From assembly GCA_043228905.1 (NCBI GenBank), contig JBHGNT010000015.1:6882001-6946000 (forward strand): a stretch of 64,000 bases of DNA, written 5' to 3'. The stretch is from Azolla caroliniana. Taxonomy: Eukaryota > Plantae > Polypodiophyta. Shown here piece after piece: positions 1 through 11,123 of the stretch. The notes under the pieces are model-generated. The model was given only the letters and a program-made list of their open reading frames with translations. It ran no database searches and had not been told where the DNA came from. Positions within the stretch are counted from its first letter, which is position 1; every line of letters begins with the position of its first letter. Made by a program: the position numbers and the translations under genes.

Positions 1-659
1 CACACTTTATATTGCTCAACTAATTAGCTATGTTGTAACTAATAAGCTACTACACTATAGAGACAAGCAGTAAATTTATACTGTTTGTTTTCTCCACTCA
101 TAAGGGAGAGTTGTATTGCAATCCCCCAAACATACTGTAGAAGTGTGACATGCACATGCAAAACAAGCGATATGGTTTGTATGCTGGCATGGTCGTAGGT
201 GTACTAGTAGGGTAGCAGTTTTGTCCTCTAGGGCTAAGCCGCAAGCGATGGAACCTGCTTGAATAGTCAATATATTGTTGCCTGGTTCTCCTACTTTTGG
301 TAAGGGAGCAAGAATGTTGAGGTCCAATTCTTGCCTACACCTTACCCCTCCACAAATTCTAGCTGCTTCTTAAGGCAGCTAACTACGTGTTCTTGATTTG
401 TGTATTGTTCCTACAATGCAACCGAAAATTTTACTGATTTATCATTCGTTAATGAGGAAGAATGAACAAGAAACAAGAATCATTAACTTAGTTGGAGGTT
501 CTCCACATTGTTATCAACGATAGTATTAACCCCTAGAAGATCTAGGTTCATTGAAAGGATCTGAATATCCGTCCGTAGCTATATTTTACGTTGGGGATCC
601 AACAACCCCTCAGTTTCGAGCTCATGTTGAGCAACCTGTTCCAGATAATGCCTCACTGA

Positions 660-2120
660 GCACATTTTCATGTACAAGTTATTTATAACATACTAGCAAA
701 AAAATAGCTACCTGAATCTTGTTTCTAATTGTTGTCATTGCCAAAGTGACCTCGCTTTCCATCACAACAACCAAAGTTGCTTTCTCTAAAGCAGACTTTG
801 TTGCCTCCAATGTCTCACTGGCTTCATGGACATTTTTCAGCATATAGCTAATCAATGTCTCACTTGTAGCATTGACATTTGCTTTCACGTTGTTTCTTGT
901 GGCATCTCCTTGTGGGTTTGCTGGGAGTCAACAGTTGCCTCATCAACTGCCATGCTCCAAAATCGTGCCATATTTTGTTGCAAGTTCCCCATCTTCTGGC
1001 ATCGTTCTACTGACACCTCACCTACGCGAGCCCTAGCTACCCTGTACATTTTAGGGTTAGTTGCTTCCTTCGTTGTTTTGCAATACTCGTAGGCAAAGGT
1101 CTAGCAAATGCAATAGATAATTTGTTGTTGACCGGGATCTCTTGATGTACTTTTTGGTGGAGCCTCATGCAGTCGTCATACAACTGTGGTCATACATGCT
1201 TCAGCTTCACCTTGCCTTTCACTCTGGGCACTTTATAGATGACAACCAATGTATATAATTAATCAATTTATCTGTTAGCACAACATGGTCAATACCCTCT
1301 AGTGACAGACCATATACGTGGTTGAAGTCCTCATTTATCTCGCAAAACTTGGCAAAGGATATGGAGGAACGCGCCACCTAAAATAAAAAATCAATACATG
1401 TTACCTTTGCTCTACTAGGACATGTGTATTTAAAATCATAATTAGTAGGGAAGAAAAAAAATTAAAAATCAGGCAACTACATCAAAATCCTAAATCAAGT
1501 TTGGGTGAAATTTGCAGACAAACAACCATTGTAATAAGAAATGTGTATTGATGCAAAATTTCAAACCTAAATAATAAAAAAATCAACCGTAATCAGAAAT
1601 CAACTGCTTAAAGAAATCAAAAACCCTAATTAGAAACCTTAATTAAAAACCCTAATCAGAAACCCTAATTAGAAATCAACTACTTAAAGAAATCAGAAAT
1701 CCTAATCAGAAATATGTATGAAATCAACCTAATCAGAATTATTGACCAGGAACACACCTGCTACCACACCTCGATTTTTGTGATATCCTTGTATTGGATT
1801 CCAACGACGTCACCCTTACCATTTTTTATAAAAGATGAACAAGCAAGACAATTATCAGAAAGGGAAAGAAAAGAAGATTTTTGAATGCATGTAATGTGTA
1901 ACTGATTCATACCTGGACGAGGATCGAACTAGTGTGTGTTGGTGCTCTAAAGGTGCAATGTCTATATCAGAGTTTTTGTGTTGTTGCTGGAGCTTTGTCT
2001 ACGTTCGTGCTTAGAGTACTCCATCTGTTTGGATCTCGAACTCAAACGTAGGATTAACAAGACTTTGTTGACTTTCAAGTTGAGTTTAGATGGGGACACT
2101 GTTCCCCAAGTTCCACTATG
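660..2120 (-). pseudogene. Spliced, disrupted gene inside the CACTA element (possible TnpA-like accessory gene)
   Basis: Minus-strand exon-like blocks with splice signals (CAG|GTATG at about 1912, TTTTAG|G at about 1378, CAG|GTAG at about 712) are separated by AT-rich introns. Protein-like text (VIYKVPRVKGKVKLKHV*PQLYDDCMRLHQKVHQEIPVNNKLSIAFAR) contains stops and frameshifts. The product assignment is an inference. Confidence 0.35.
1590..1737 (+). repeat. Degenerate 13-bp tandem repeat (AAACCCTAATYAG) containing telo-box cores
   Basis: AAACCCTAATTAG, AAACCTTAATTAA, AAACCCTAATCAG, AAACCCTAATTAG and AAATCCTAATCAG units are visible. Confidence 0.7.
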
Positions 2121-2311
2121 TTAGAAACCAAAGTTCAAAATTTTGAGTATTGCCATAAATTACCTATTCACCATAATAAATGACATGTATTTAAGTAATA
2201 AAGAAAAGAAAATTCGTAAATGATCCTTATGATTTACTCACGAAAAATTAGCTAAACAAATAGCTAAATAGCTATGGTCATTGTAGTAGCTAATTAGCTA
2301 TAATAGTGTTT

Positions 2312-4091
2312 CTATTGCAATGTCGGCTTCTCTGTTCAAAGATTGTTAGAGTTCTTCTTAGCCGAGCGATCTTGGACTCTACTGATCTCACCGTCTTCTT
2401 CACTTTCTCAGCTATGGCCTTTTAGGCTTTGAGGTTTTCCTCCAATTCCTATAAGCCAGTCACCAACTGACCGACTGGGTCAACTTTCTCAACTTTCCCC
2501 CTTCCTTCCCGCAGATGTTGTTCCAATTGTTGAATTGTCGGTTTATGCTCTTGCAACTGTTGTGCGGTTTGTGCTACTACCTTCTTGGCCCTCTTGTTTT
2601 TGTATGCCATGTTCTTTGCCACTATGCGTACTTTTGCCAATTCCTAGTGGACTTTTACCAGGGCCATATTTAGTATTGCAATTCGATTGCATTGTGCCCT
2701 GTGTTCGCTTTCCGGCTCCAACCGATCTTGTTGAGGACCGACTCTTCTTCCGGCTAATGCACATTGGATCATCTATCACTCAGATTGTTCTTTTGTCATC
2801 TGTGTGGCGGACTCCACCTGTTGACGGGCTATGTACTCCCTCAGTTCGAGAGATGTGCCGAATTGCAAGATGGTGGCCATTTCGTGCACTGCTGGTGGGA
2901 TATCTCGGTAGGCTAGGACCTCGCTCTCCGAAACTAGGGAACCCTGGCCCTCCTCTAGCTTCCCCGTCAGCATTGTGTTGGCGGCCGATATTAGAGCGAT
3001 CGTCTGCTCTGATCTTGTCTTGACAATTGCCTCGTCCACTTGTCCGGTGGCCATGTCCTTAGCCAATCCTTGGTCGTTTTTTCTGTCTAGTCATGGTCCT
3101 CCCCTTGTTTCCGCTTATCACCTTGTTGGTGGATGGTGAAGTCGCTCTCGGCCCGCTTGTGTGACTCCTTCCATTGGGTGCTCTCCTCCTCCCATCTGTA
3201 CTGTCTTATTGGAGTCGCAGGTTTTGTGTCGATCGATGTCGTCAGTTGGGCTGAGGAATCGGTTTATCCTGGACCCATGATGTCTTCCTCTTGCCATTGA
3301 CCTACTACAAGACTCCTAGACGCGATTTCCACCCCGACAATTGTTGTTGTGTTGATGGCGGTGTGGGCACAAACCTTTCTGGCAAGGCCAATGCCGGGGG
3401 AAAGAACACTAATAGGTATTGTGCCATGATGGGCAATACCTTTGTTCTCGCTTGCAATGCAAGGATGCATGCTGGTAGAGTCGCTCCTGTTAGAAAGCCC
3501 CAATCAATTGTGCTGCCTTGGTATGTGACAATGATTAGGCCGCCCTTGTTTCTTCGGCATCTCATAACTCCTGGGATGAATGCAAGTGACTTCGAAGAGG
3601 AACATGGCGACCTCTCGGAAAAAGACATTAGGACCGGACTGTGTCCTGTAAGCCTTAGTAGTGGCGGAGTACTCACCGAAATAGTCTTCTAAGATTTTGG
3701 TGGGTGAAATGTCGAACTGCCTCTCACCTGTGGGTGTTAATCCCAATTTCTTTTGAATCGTGGTGTTGGTGAGGCTGTCAGCCGTGATCTCCATCCTTGT
3801 CTCCAACACATTAGGGAGCGGTAGTGCGTCTGCAACCTTGGTGTATCCAACTAGGCTGTAGTCATGCAACCACTGTCACAACGATGGAGAGACTTCAATC
3901 GTTATGGCGATGGTTTCTTCTATTTGGGGAGGTTCGAGTGTTAGAGACTGGCGAAAACAACTTCTTCTCTTCTTTGCTCCTTTTGCTTCTCCTATGTACA
4001 AAATGACTTGTTCGTTTCCGTGCTTTGCCTTTTGTTGCGCATCCTGAGGGAATCCAGTGTGCCCTAAATCCAAGATCGTTTGAAGAACCAT
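2312..4091 (-). pseudogene. Extra ORF downstream of pol in Gypsy element A (N-terminal globular domain, C-terminal coiled coil), disrupted
   Basis: ORF pieces 3876-4091 and 3504-3869 share a frame separated by one stop. A frameshift then leads into 3305-3676 (YQGSTIDWGFL), followed by 2776-3066 and Q/E/K-rich 2449-2640. Same strand as the integrase. TATAAATA on the minus strand at 4251-4258. Confidence 0.55.
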
Positions 4092-4359
4092 TGTGCGCCA
4101 CGCGATTGGACAGAGTTGTACTTGCTTTTCTTGGGCACTGTGTCTACATAAAATCCATCTTTAATAGCTTTGAGTGCTTTTCTTCTTCTTCTTTTGTAAT
4201 GGAATGGAACGGTAATATATATACAATACACTTTACATTATGAGCCATTCTATTTATAGGGAGTGGGATCCTCCCCCCGATTATGATTCTGCTAATGGTG
4301 GCTTCCTTGATTTATCCACGATGTTTTGGCTCTTTCTTGAATGGGTTAGGGGGTGTGTG

Positions 4360-4872
4360 GCCGACATAGGGCTTGAACCAAAAATCGTTGACCCAATTTG
4401 GGTAAGATTTCGCCAGCCAATGTGCCAAGTTGGTAGGTTCCTTTCACGACGTTCATAATTCAATAGGGATCCGTCATTGAAGATGCAACTTACCCATGAT
4501 GTGCTCCATTCGAGTCTGAGAAACAAGAACTGCTTTGCCAATCCCGAACGTTTTTTCATTGCCCTTCCTGTGGCGGTCGACAAAAGTTTTATGCCGACGT
4601 TGCTCCTGCCCCACATACTATGCAACCGCCCTTCCTCCAGTTCTAGTAGCCGTTTGAGTCGGTGATGTTTCGACTCCGTTTCACCTAGGCATTTGTGGAC
4701 CTCTACTTGCAGGCTCGGAATTTGGAATTCAATTGGCATTACTGCTTAGGGCCCAAACACGAGTCGGAATGGGGTCGACTGGATACTTGTCTGATATGCC
4801 CAAAAGAATCTTTGTAGCTTAGTATCCCAATCCGTCCTGTTCTCATTGACGAACTTCTTCAAGATATTCTGT
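4360..4872 (-). pseudogene. Ty3/Gypsy element A integrase, C-terminal part
   Basis: QNILKKFVNENRTDWDTKLQRFFWAYQTS...MPIEFQIPSL...WVNDFWFKPY (resembles the VNGxRLKPY end of Gypsy integrase). Confidence 0.85.
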
Positions 4873-4877
4873 AACGT

Positions 4878-5020
4878 TGTCGAGGAAATCCTCGCGTGTT
4901 CGCGAAATGAAGCGGGATCACTGGGGTCTTGGACCGGAAGGATTCCAAAGTTGTACTAGCTTTAGCGAGAAAGTATTTAAAAATAGAGACAGTGATTCCA
5001 ATTATGAGACAGATTGAGAG

Positions 5021-5072
<52 letters not shown>

Positions 5073-5682
5073 CAATTTTGAGAGACAAGATACATCACCA
5101 ATAAGATAATTAGATTTCCTGATTTAGTACATAGTTTATTATAATTATTAATTGATTATTTGATTCCCCCCCTTTTTTTTCACTCTTTTATAGATGCCCC
5201 CATGCATATGATGCATGTGAGGGTAGAAGACATGCATGCAATGCATGTAATGCATGCGATGCATGTTTGCCATTTGGCGCTCATGCATTACATGTGATGC
5301 ATTATAAGCATGTCACTCATACATGAGAATTTACATATAAAAAAGTATAATTATGAAAATACAACCTTTTTAAAGAAATGACTTGGCTTTGTGGTAAGTC
5401 AATTGTGTTATGTAAGGTTGTCCCTCCTTGTGGGGGTAGTCGGTCAAAAAGCCAAAATGAGAGTCGGCTAGCCGAAATCATCCAGAAAGCCAAAACAAGA
5501 ATCGGTTGGCCAAAATCGATCAAAAAGCCGAAATGGGAGTCGGCTGCTGAAATCGGTCAAAAAGCTGAAAGAAGAGTCGGTTGGCCAAAATCAACTGAAA
5601 AGCCGAAATAGGATTCAGTCGAACAATAGTCGGACGAATAGAAGTTTGGACGAATACACACACACACACACACATACATACA

Positions 5683-5718
<36 letters not shown>

Positions 5719-6171
5719 TATACATAGTACATAAAATTCGTGCTCGTCTAGCATAACATTTGTTTTCCTACGTTGGAAAACGAATGCGAATGTTATTCAA
5801 ACATTCTTGTGTTTTTTTTTTTGTTTTTTCCCATTTTTTTAATGTTTTGTTTTTCATTTTTAGGCTTTTTTACCTCATAATAAATTTTTAATCCAAAAGT
5901 ATGGTATTTATCATTCTTTAAGGTTATTTTTTTTACGCGAATGAGTGAAACATTCGCGAATGCAAATGCACGTATGGTACGTATGGTTCATACTATGTAT
6001 ATATATATATATATATATGTGGGTCTTTATATAGAGAGAGTCATGTTAGCTACATATATATGTGGGATAACTCACTGAGAAGAAAACAGTGAGAGAAACG
6101 CGAAAGTGACCCCTTCTCGGTTTTCTCCTTTCCACATGATTTTCACACCGTTGCCGAAAATCTTCATGACA
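4878..6171 (-). repeat. 3' LTR of Gypsy B (contains GA, CA and TA microsatellites, a CATGCA array, four 37-39-bp minisatellite units and a MITE)
   Basis: TGTC...GACA termini; homologous to 19221-20423. Confidence 0.92.
5723..5997. mobile_element. MITE (possibly hAT-type) inserted in the (TA)n tract of the LTR
   Basis: 275-bp segment absent from the partner LTR. CATAGTA...TACTATG terminal inverted repeats, flanked by TATATATA on both sides. Termini resemble the hAT MITE at 33898-34560 (CATAG...CTATG). Confidence 0.7.
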
Positions 6172-6274
6172 TCCACTCCCACCAAATCGCATGTCCTCCG
6201 GTACGTGCGAAGAAGAGTGTGATATTTTGGTTACGATGATCAAAACGATTCCTCTATGTCCTCATTGACCTCGT

Positions 6275-9200
6275 TCACATTTGTGGGTTCTGCCCTACCA
6301 TTTTCATTGTTGAGGTCATCGAAGTCAGGACCCTCATCTTGTCTTTTCTTGAAGATTTTACTCTTTTCCCGCAATGGGTATGGCCAACCTTGATCCGTCT
6401 AGCTCCCCAAGGTGGTAGGTGGCATTGTCGTTGGCACTCATCACCACATACGGTCTGAACCACCTTCTTGCGAACTTTCTTGTTGTCCTGTGTTGATTGT
6501 CAAGGCTGTTGTCGTAGACCAATACCCAATCTCCTTCTTTGATTTTCTTGGGACGCAATCAATGTGTCTTGTCAAACCGAATTTTGTTCTTCACTCGGGC
6601 TGCCTCCATTATCTTTCGCGCATTTTCTAGATCTTCAGGTCTTCTTTCGAGCTGCCTTATTCGTGCCGCTAGTAATTCTTCTCGGGTCATCTCATTGTGC
6701 CATGGTATCGCTACCCAAGAGGCGATCGTCTTTTCGATGGGCATTACCGGTTTCTACCCATATATAACCTCTGGCATATACCATGTCACAGAACTGTGCG
6801 TAATTCTGTCGGCCCACAAGGCATAGGGCAATAGTCACGGCCAGTTCCCGACTCAACCGTCACATGCTCGTACTATGGCTTTGACTATTGGTTCATGCCC
6901 TCGCTCAATCTTCCCATTTGCTTCCGGATTGTAGTCGGTCGTGAGGGAGAGCTTCATGCCTAGTCGCTTGAAGAGCTCCATTGCTTCGCGTGCATCCAAC
7001 TCCCCTCAGTTAGCCACTATCTTTCCTACACATCCATATCGGCAGACGACCTCTTCGAGTAGAAATTTGCAAAACGCTGATGTCGTCTTATTTGCCGAGG
7101 CTCTTCCTTCTACCTGATTTGTCAGGTCTTCTCTGGCCAGTACCAAGTACTTCATCTATCCTACTCCCATTGGCATCGAGACCAGATCCACCATCCATTT
7201 GCAGTGTATGGTGAGTGGGTATGTCAGTCGTTATTCATCATGGTGACGTATGTTCGAATGTACTTGGCGGTTTTCACATGTGTACACGAAATGAAGTACA
7301 TCTTTATACATGCTCGACCACCAATACTTCTCCTTCAGCTTTTCAAACGTCGCCCATGTTCCTCTATGACATGCCCAAGGACGCTCGTGGAATTCAGACA
7401 TCAACGTTTCTTGTTCCTCTCTCTTCACCACTACTCGATGTGGCATTCCTGTCCTCTTTGGGTGCGGTAGAGGAATCCTCCCTTCAGAAAGTATTGATAA
7501 GCTTTCTTCCAGATTCGTAGAGCCACCTCCTTCGTCCACGAAGCATCCACTGTCATTGTTCTCAAGAACCTGCCAATCAGTAACCACTCTCCCATGTACT
7601 CGTTCTCATTGAAGGCATGGAGGTTTGGTATGTCCTTGTCTTCTGCTGACAGTTGGGCCACCTTGAAGAAGTGGAGGGTGACGTCTTCATCTTCCAAAAC
7701 CATGTCACTTTCATTCTCAAATCTTGCTCTTGATAGCATGTCAGCCATGACGTTGTTCTTTCCTGCAATGTGGTGGATTTCTGGGTTCAAAGACTTGATA
7801 TAGGTGATTCACCGTAGCATAGCCAGATCTGGTGTCGCACACCCTGAGATCATCTCGAGGATTGGGAGATAATCCGTCTCAATTATCACTTCTGACCCGA
7901 TCAGGTAGTCTTTGTCTACCTTCACCGCAAACACTATACCCCAAAGTTCCCGCTTGACTTGGGCATATCCTTGTTGTTGTTCGCTGAAAACTTTTGCTCC
8001 GAACCGGATGGCATGCCGTACACTATCTTCTCCTTCTTGGTTGACGACCCACCTGATTCCGGTTGGGCTCGTATCTAGAATCACATAAATTGGCTTTCCT
8101 TCAGTATAGTCGACCTTTCTTAGCGTTGGAGCTTCAAGAAGTAGTTTCTTCAATCTAGCTATTCGAACTTCCTTCTTTTCTTTAGCAATCCATATAATAG
8201 CTCGATGACATGAGCGTAGTGTGGAATCCAGATATGATAAAAGGCACACGCTCCCAAGAATCTTCAGACCTCTGTTTTGGATATACATTCTTCTTGCATC
8301 TCTTGAATAACATTCACCTTCTCAGGAGAGGGTTTCCGTCTGTATGGTCCGCAAAGATGTCCCACTACTAGGACCTCGCGTTGGCCGAATGCCGACTTTT
8401 CTTCGGAAAATGTGAGCCCAACTCCTTCTGTTCTTTGTAGCACTCTCTCCCAGTCTTCAATATGGTTTAAAACAAATCTTCGACATCCATCTTGATCTAA
8501 AGACTCATCCTTTTTTGATTCAGGGCACCCTTTTATAGGGATATCATCGAGGAAAGGCATCATAATATTTGGGATGCAGTTTCTTAGTACTTTGTTCATG
8601 GCATTTACCATGTGTGCTATAGAGTTTGTTGCACCTTGTGGTAGGGTGCACATCCGTACCAATCCAATCGGAGTCCTCATTGTTGTGATGTCTCTGCTGT
8701 CGACTGCTAGTTGAAACTGATTGTAGCCTGAGTAGAGATCACCAATAGAATAAATGGACCTTCCCACAAATGCTTATGTGAACTCATCGATACTTGGCCC
8801 GATCCCGGCATGGCCGATCATCACTTTATTCACTAGTTGAAGATCTTGTATGAACCTTAAGATTCCATTGTTCTTTGGTACTGTGAACCACCTATTCGAG
8901 TAAGGAGCATTTGACGGCTCCAAAATTCCCATCTCGACCTTCTCTTTCAAGAGCTTGATTAATTTCGGAATGTGTGCTCTTGGGACTGGTATCGTCTTAA
9001 GGTTCCAGGACACATGTGGTATTGTGAATATCCCCATCGGTTCTATTATCTTTGGATTGGCGCATCCGATTTCATTAGGATAGAAAGCAAATGCTTTCCC
9101 ATGTCTTTCCCGAAATGCGACTTCCTCATCAGGCAAGAGAAATTCATCTTTCCCGACACGAAGCTTTTCTCTTGTCTCTTTAGTGAAGGTGTGTCCGATT

Positions 9201-10098
9201 CCTCTCGGATCCCTTAAACTTGGATCCCATGCAACTTCCTTCATTCTTTGCTAGCTATCCTCAAGTAGCGGAATAGCAACAGGCTTTACTTTCTTGCTCA
9301 CCGTCTTGTATTTCATATTAACTTCAACTTTCTCTGCCATGATACTTCGACTATATTCGTCGATGGCACATACATGTTGATGGAGTTTATCTTAATTGAT
9401 CGTTAGCTACGAGGGCCCAAATCCACGACATTCTCCATTTCGCCAATGGTGTCGTTAAATGAGGCTTCCTCCATTACTCGTTTGTTTCTTTCATCTCTTT
9501 CCAATATTTGTTCTTATCTTAAGGTTTCATAGAAGCTTTGCATTTGAGACTCCATTAGGGGCTACATGCAACCCTCCTTTTGCAAATTCATGAGCTCTTT
9601 TATCTTCTTGGGGCATACACTTGTTTGGACTATTCACCCCCCTCTTGCAAATAGCCCATCCTAAAAATCCGAAGCATCTTCTCCAAGACAATCTCGATTC
9701 CTTTCGTGGTTGGCACATACAGTCAAGAACTCCACAACCTTTTTCCCATCAAGACTCCTTACTCGAGCAAATGTCGCACCATTGTCGAACGCTTTGGTTT
9801 CCATCGGGGACGAAGTTATGTATGATTGCCCAAGAATGATAGGATGGGGTGCCAAATCTTTAACAAAAAACTGTTTATCTATCTTGACATCGCCAATCGT
9901 GATGGGGATATTAGGACATGCCCCATACAAATCTTCGGTAGCTTTCGTTTTCGCACGGATCTTCAACCCATGATTTGTATTTATGGGTCACCTTCCCTTT
10001 TTGTAGACCTCAGTCGACATAAGGTTGATCTCGAACCCATGGTCTATTAAGGCTACAATCGTCTCTTTTCTCTCTCCCAACATTACTAGCGTCTTCGT
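6275..10098 (-). pseudogene. Gypsy B pol (protease-RT-RNaseH-integrase), frameshifted
   Basis: IVALIDHGFEIN (protease), SNAPYSNRWFTVPK, DLYSGYNQF, LPQGATNS, MPFLDDIPIKG (RT), DTSPTGI...YAQVKRELWGIV (RNaseH), EKLKEKYWW...CENRQ and KFARRWFRPY (integrase). Confidence 0.93.
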
Positions 10099-11036
10099 TG
10101 TCGTGAAGTTGTTACTTCACAAAGTCAAAAAAATTTCATAAACCTATAGAAGTACATTTTCCATCTGGAGCTTATGACGAGGAGCATGTGGGAATTTTCG
10201 GTTCGTGAATCGTAATTTAGAAGCCCAAGATACAAGCTTCGAAAAAACTAATGCAACTCGAGACACAAATGTAATTATGTAAAAAGGGGGATTCGAAATT
10301 AAATAAGGGCCATTTTTGTAATTTTTCAAATGTACAACTACAAAATCAAATTTTTAGAATTTATAAAATAAAAAATAAAATAAAAAAAATAATAAAATAA
10401 CCGCTTGCATGAGGCGGTCTGTCAACTGCCTCAAGAGGGTGGTAGGGCGGTTGACCAACCTATAAAAGCCACGCCCATGGAGGCTAGAGAGCAGGGGTAG
10501 AGGGGAAAAGGAAGAGGAGAAGAAGAAGGGAGTGAAGGAAGGAAGCGAGGGAGGAATCTCGCAAGAAGAAGGAAGCTAGTGACCTATTGAACAGAAGACA
10601 AAAAGTAAAGAAAAGAAAGGGAAAAGAAGAAAACCATGAAGTTGAAGTGGTGTATCTCAAACGCCTCTCTGCACACAAAGGTCGTGAGTTCAAATCCTCT
10701 CAAAAGAACTTCTTGGTAAACAAATTTTGTAATATAAATTTCGTATATATAAGGAGAAAGAGACATATATAGAAATCAAAGAAGTTGAATTGGTCTATCT
10801 CAAACACTTCTTCTCCAATAGAGGTTGTGAGTTCAAGTCTTGCCAAGTAACTTTTGACAAATAAATATTGTAAGTGATGTTTTTACATATAAATTGCTTT
10901 TTGCGACAACGTCGTATCTATCTTGCTTTCTCGGCTTCTTGTCATCGCACCATCTGTGATTACGCCTTGTCATCCCGATCATCCCCGAGTCACAGAACCC
11001 CGGTGGTTGCCACACACAAGCACAATCTTCTCGACA
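10099..11036 (+). repeat. 5' LTR of Gypsy C
   Basis: TG...CA termini, TATAAAA at 10461-10467, homologous to 16776-17527. Confidence 0.92.
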
Positions 11037-11042
11037 TAAATT

Positions 11043-11059
11043 TGGTGAACCCGACGTGA
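11043..11059 (+). promoter_or_regulatory. Primer-binding site complementary to tRNA-Trp
   Basis: TGGTGAACCCGACGTGA lies 6 bp after the LTR and is complementary to the 3' end of plant cytosolic tRNA-Trp (...UCACGUCGGGUUCACCA, recalled from memory). Confidence 0.8.
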
Positions 11060-11123
11060 AGTGTCGTTGACAAGGGGAGTTTCGGAGTTAAAGTTTTCCA
11101 AAGAGGTCGGAAAATCAAAGAAA

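Larger units (their letters stand above)
1..2308 (-). mobile_element. CACTA (En/Spm) DNA transposon, degenerate, probably non-autonomous; one terminus at 2308, the other probably just outside the window
   Basis: Sequence ends ...CTATAATAGTG at 2308 (reverse complement CACTATTATAG). Subterminal TAGCTA/CTAATTAGCTA repeats occur at 2245-2300 and again at 15-60. Gypsy A ORF sequence begins immediately to the right. TSD cannot be checked. Confidence 0.55.

Noticed and set aside
10638-10701. A true tRNA gene in the LTR
   Set aside because: No convincing acceptor stem or anticodon arm; reported only as a tRNA-like promoter module.
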